Source: Rhodosorus marinus CCMP1338 (lineage: Eukaryota; Plantae; Rhodophyta). Taken from it: a stretch of DNA of 64,000 nt. Numbering within the stretch: the first letter of the stretch is position 1; every line of letters begins with the position of its first letter. This document shows positions 60,034-64,000 of this stretch, in pieces. The notes under the pieces were generated by a model. It was not told where the DNA came from and made no database searches. It saw nothing but the letters and a program-made list of their open reading frames with translations. The DNA lies in the NCBI GenBank assembly GCA_029953675.1, contig JAMWBK010000003.1, positions 2,666,001 to 2,730,000 on the forward strand, in the 5' to 3' direction. Both the position numbers and the translations under genes were made by a program.

Positions 60034-62295
60034 GTCATTCCCACTAAAATTCTAGTAGATCCCCTTCCACATCTTCCCACATTCTAACTCCAGCAACGCA
60101 ACTAAAGCCATTTCCATCTAAGGAATACGCTCTTGGAAGAGCTCCAATTCTCTTTGAGTATCCTTAAACCCAGAGCTTCAGCCGTGGTTGTAAGTTCAGC
60201 TCCTTTTGTCTTGAGGTAATCTAGTATCCTCGGTTGTCCAAAACGACAGTATGAGGTTCTTCAAGAGGCAGATGCGCTTGTAATCCAACCTCAAGGTACT
60301 CAAGTACGGCATAGCCATCGCGACGAGAACCGACTAGGAAAGCAAACGGACGTTTTCACTGTTTTGCGATGGGACCGTCTTACCAAAAGACGGTGAGACA
60401 TCTGCGTAAGAGCTTGGAAATCGAATACATGAGGTCAAAGTAGCAGCCAGTTCCAAAATTCCCGGCCAACCGGGATGTGGGCGGGCTAGCCCAGAGCCGC
60501 CCAGAGGCGCGGGGGTGAGGGAGCAATACATCACAACGCGGATGACACTCAGTCTAAGCAAACAGTCTTTTTCAACTTCCCCGAGTGAAGATTGAGGCAT
60601 TTTTATTACACAGCAGCAGGAGTAACGAATTCGATTCCTGATGGCCGGCCGGCTCCCTCTCTCTTCCCACAATGTCAAGCAGGACAAGGCCTGCCAGCAT
60701 GCGACATACTGGTGGTGTGTAAGAGTTATGGAAGTTCCCTAAAAAAATGTGCAAGTCCAGATTGAACCCTGTGGAAGCAGAACTGTCGATAGAACGTAAA
60801 CAATAGCAAAGCCAACGAAATTTAGGGGGAAAAAGCTGTGGAAAGCTTACGGTAAAATAGGTTAATAAGTTTTCATAATATCTAAAAAGCAAGACTGAAT
60901 ACTATGTCTAGAGAATAAACCATAATAAAATACTGTATGATTCTTTTCTTTTTTTGGCCAAATAGTTCTTAAAAATCCCCCAGAAAAGGATTTAGGGAGG
61001 AGAGTCGTTTATTATAGATGACCAATCTAAAATTCTTTTTTCTCTAAATCACTTAAATATTGGAAAGTATGATTACCAATTAGATCATTAAGTACGCTAA
61101 AATAGAGTAGACGTCTATTCTAAGTTCATGTTTCCAACTAGACTATTTTAAGAAGACCCTGAGGTTACAATCCGAAGGGCAACCGTGGTTCGTCTTGGAA
61201 AACCGGAAAATTTTCAGAACGACCACCGTTGTTTTTTGAATTTCCCGAAAAAAAATAGGTTGATGAGTGGAGTCCTCTATCTTAGGATCGACGCCAGCGA
61301 TTGGATCGTGCCGTAAACTCTAATTTGATGAAATTGTTTTGACCAAGGAGAAAATGGGGCGTGGATTTTTCCTTTCTTGCGTTCATTGCCGCAGCCCCAG
61401 GGGAAGAGGGAGGGGGGAAGAGAACAAGGACTGATTGGACTCGATAGGAGGGTGGTGGGGGGTTGGGGCGAAAGAGCCAAAGTGGTTGCCGAAAGACCTC
61501 TCAGAAGGTATTCTTTTAGGATCAGTCAGGGGGGGTAGGAGGTGAACGGAGAAGCTCCAACTGAAATTGATAGCTGAGTTGAAAACGGGTATCAATAGAA
61601 CTTACCGAGGGGGCATCATATTGAATAAAAGAAATAAAAAAGCCATCGGATATTTGTTTTGACTCACCCTTCGGGGGGCCATAGTTTTTGGTAGGGGTAC
61701 TTTTGTCACGCTCTTTTGATTCTCTATCCTCGTGTATGTCAAGCAATGGAAAGGAAATAAACATATTGGATTTATGTATATTTCAAGTGCTCAGGGGCCT
61801 TTTCCTTGAATGACGCTTTTCTTGGGGGGGGGGGTGTGGGTTTGTCACAGTTGTATGAAAAGTTAAGGGGGGTTTGATCATGGGAAGTTGCCAAGTCCTA
61901 GGGTGGGGTTTGTGCAGGGTTTGGTTGCGAAGGCTAAGTGAGGAATGATTTCATCTTGCCCCCCAACCTCTACATGTGCCATCCTTACGTTTTCTCGGTA
62001 TTGATGTAGGAGGTGAAATTGTTACTTTGAGGGGGTCCTTAGGCAGTAGAATGCTTATTTTTTATGTTTTGATGGGATTGGAAATTCTTCTTTCTTTTTT
62101 ACGCGGCTGTGAATGAGATATGCGTTCCTTGGAAAGAGACTTTTCCTTCAATAGTATGATGTGTATTTAGTGTCGGCTCGTCGCGTGTGGTGGATGGATG
62201 GGGGGATGGGGTGGGAGCTAAGGATGTGAGATGACAGAAGGAGAGTTGGTTGATGAAGAACGGGGCTTTGAGGTTTGTTTGGAACTGGAGTTAAG

Positions 62296-63330
62296 ATGAT
62301 GGAGTTTGAAGCTGGGGTGCATAAAGTGGAGCATTGCAGGGTGCGCCATCGAAGAACTGGGATGAATGGTACTGGGAGAGGCCGGCGGAAGCTGAAGGCG
62401 ACGAAGAGGAATACGCACACGAGCCATCTTCTGGAGTACGAAATTTGGCCAGTTAAGAATGTTAGTATGCATAAACAGAAACGTTGCTCGATGAGCAAAA
62501 TGTTCGAACTGAGCTGTACGCTGATCAATTGAGGGGATCGGACATCAGTTGGTCTTGTACATACTGCTGCTGCCATAAGAGTGATGTATCTATGAATCTG
62601 ATAATCTAATGTGTATAATGGGTTCACCCTGCAAATAAACGACCGGATTATATTTCTGATTACAATTTAAGCGGAAGAAGCGCACAACTCAAACGAACTA
62701 CGCTGTCCTACGGATGCATGTCCTACAGAAAGCAGGGATATCCCTGTCTGGTGAGGTTGGCAGTCACTTGGAAAAGCACCTCGACACCCGAGACTAGAGT
62801 TCACCACTGATCGTAGACAACAATGTTGAGACTGGACCGCATAACAGTAGACGAAACTACTCTCACCAACTTGAGCAGATGAGACAATACCAGAGAAAAC
62901 AGGAACTGCTCATTTCAAACATATTCATAGCTATCATGGCGAAAGGCATGCCAAGCGACTTTGCTCATGGATTGAACGCTGCTGGTAGTTGAGGAACAAG
63001 TCGCAGCGTGCACGGAAGCGGGTAAAGGGAACAGCCTCCACGGGTGCGCTCGCGAGCGCACAATTCCAATCTTCTGCCTCACCCTTTTCTACATCTTGTA
63101 TACTGGGAGCTGCGCATCCTGGCGGAACGCAAGGGCTTCCTCTGGCTGAAGGTGTATCTATCCCACAGAGCATCCAGCCCAAGGCGCAGAACCTCGTTTG
63201 CAATGACTTTCGACCTTTGGTTTACTGGCCTATCAAGGCCGCGCTATTGTTCGATTCGCGGACCCAGTGCGATTCGAGTACCTGCAATCTTCTCGGAGAA
63301 GGAAAGGGGAAAAGAGGCACGCTTCTAGAT
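62296..63330 (+). pseudogene. Possible decayed protein kinase gene
   Basis: N-lobe-like MMEFEAGVHKVEHCRVRHRRTG...LKATKR...LLEYEIWPVKNVSMH, then SNIFI...SDF and YWELRIL fragments in kinase order, with stops and frameshifts. Preceded by a G/T-rich flank like those of live genes. Confidence 0.35.
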
Positions 63331-64000
63331 AATTCACCGCCAATAACGAACTTGTTAAAGACCGACCCTCCATCCAATCCCTTCAAACCCCTAAGAAAAG
63401 AAATACACTCCCGAATGAAGACCTAGCCATTTTTAAAATTAAATGATTGCAAGCCATTGGAAAGGTTTCCACAAAGTACCACCAACCCCCCCGCCAAAAA
63501 AAAATCCATGATCGTCCCCTTGCCTTGTTGTCATAAGAAACTAATCAACAACAGAAAACTCGGAGAAAAAAGAAGAAAAAGAGACCCCCCCCCCAAGGGT
63601 CATCCACACAAGCTCTCTCAATTGCGCAGAACTTGAGATGTTTCGGGATTGACGTCTGTCCTTACGACCAAAAGCTTCTGAAATTCAACTTCACGAACTA
63701 CCTAAAGGAGTCCTAAATAAGGTAAGTACCCCAAATCTATCCTTGTACTTGCTTACTTTTTGCACCTTTAGAGCTAAACCCCGACGTGCGCTCCGCTTAT
63801 AAACGTGTCTTGTCAGGACCTGAGAGTGGTTTGGACAACCTGTCGGAATTCTGCACAAGGACAAACTGTCCCCTTTCACCATACGAACGGCCTGTTCATC
63901 ACATAAAATTGATTGCGATATTGACTGAATATTACGAAGTTCAATTATTGCTGACCCATTGCGACGAGGTTCTCGTCCGATAGCTCGTGGAGTGCACGAG

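Overview
Eukaryotic nuclear DNA, most likely a unicellular red alga. The evidence is short GT-AG introns (about 45-220 nt) with CTAAC/CTGAC branch points, several N-termini of the M[AG]F[VI] plastid-transit-peptide type, and a plastid-type FtsZ without the C-terminal core peptide. About 17 genes can be recognised: MED14, a HAD hydrolase, an R2R3-MYB, a CAMK-group kinase, a TroA/MntC metal-binding protein, FtsZ, a giant coiled-coil/GH13-like/2xCBM48 protein, a C2H2 zinc-finger protein, an RlmD-like methyltransferase, a creatininase-family protein, TELO2, FolC, a CCT protein, GUCD1, a metallophosphoesterase, an alkaline-phosphatase-superfamily enzyme, eIF3f and SARAF. There are also a few unidentified multi-exon ORFs. 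Many intergenic gaps contain decayed coding-like relics (hAT transposase, kinase, aldo-keto reductase, LRR, ankyrin). Best leads: (1) an intron-containing, bacterial-type ABC Mn/Zn substrate-binding protein with a plastid transit peptide and a polyglycine stretch, possibly a retained cyanobacterial metal-import system at the plastid envelope; (2) a roughly 1,700-aa starch-binding scaffold with an apparently dead amylase fold; (3) a SARAF gene whose reading frame continues in phase through a TGA into further spliced exons. All calls come from manual translation and motif recognition. No database searches were run, and hand-read exon coordinates may be off by a few bases.
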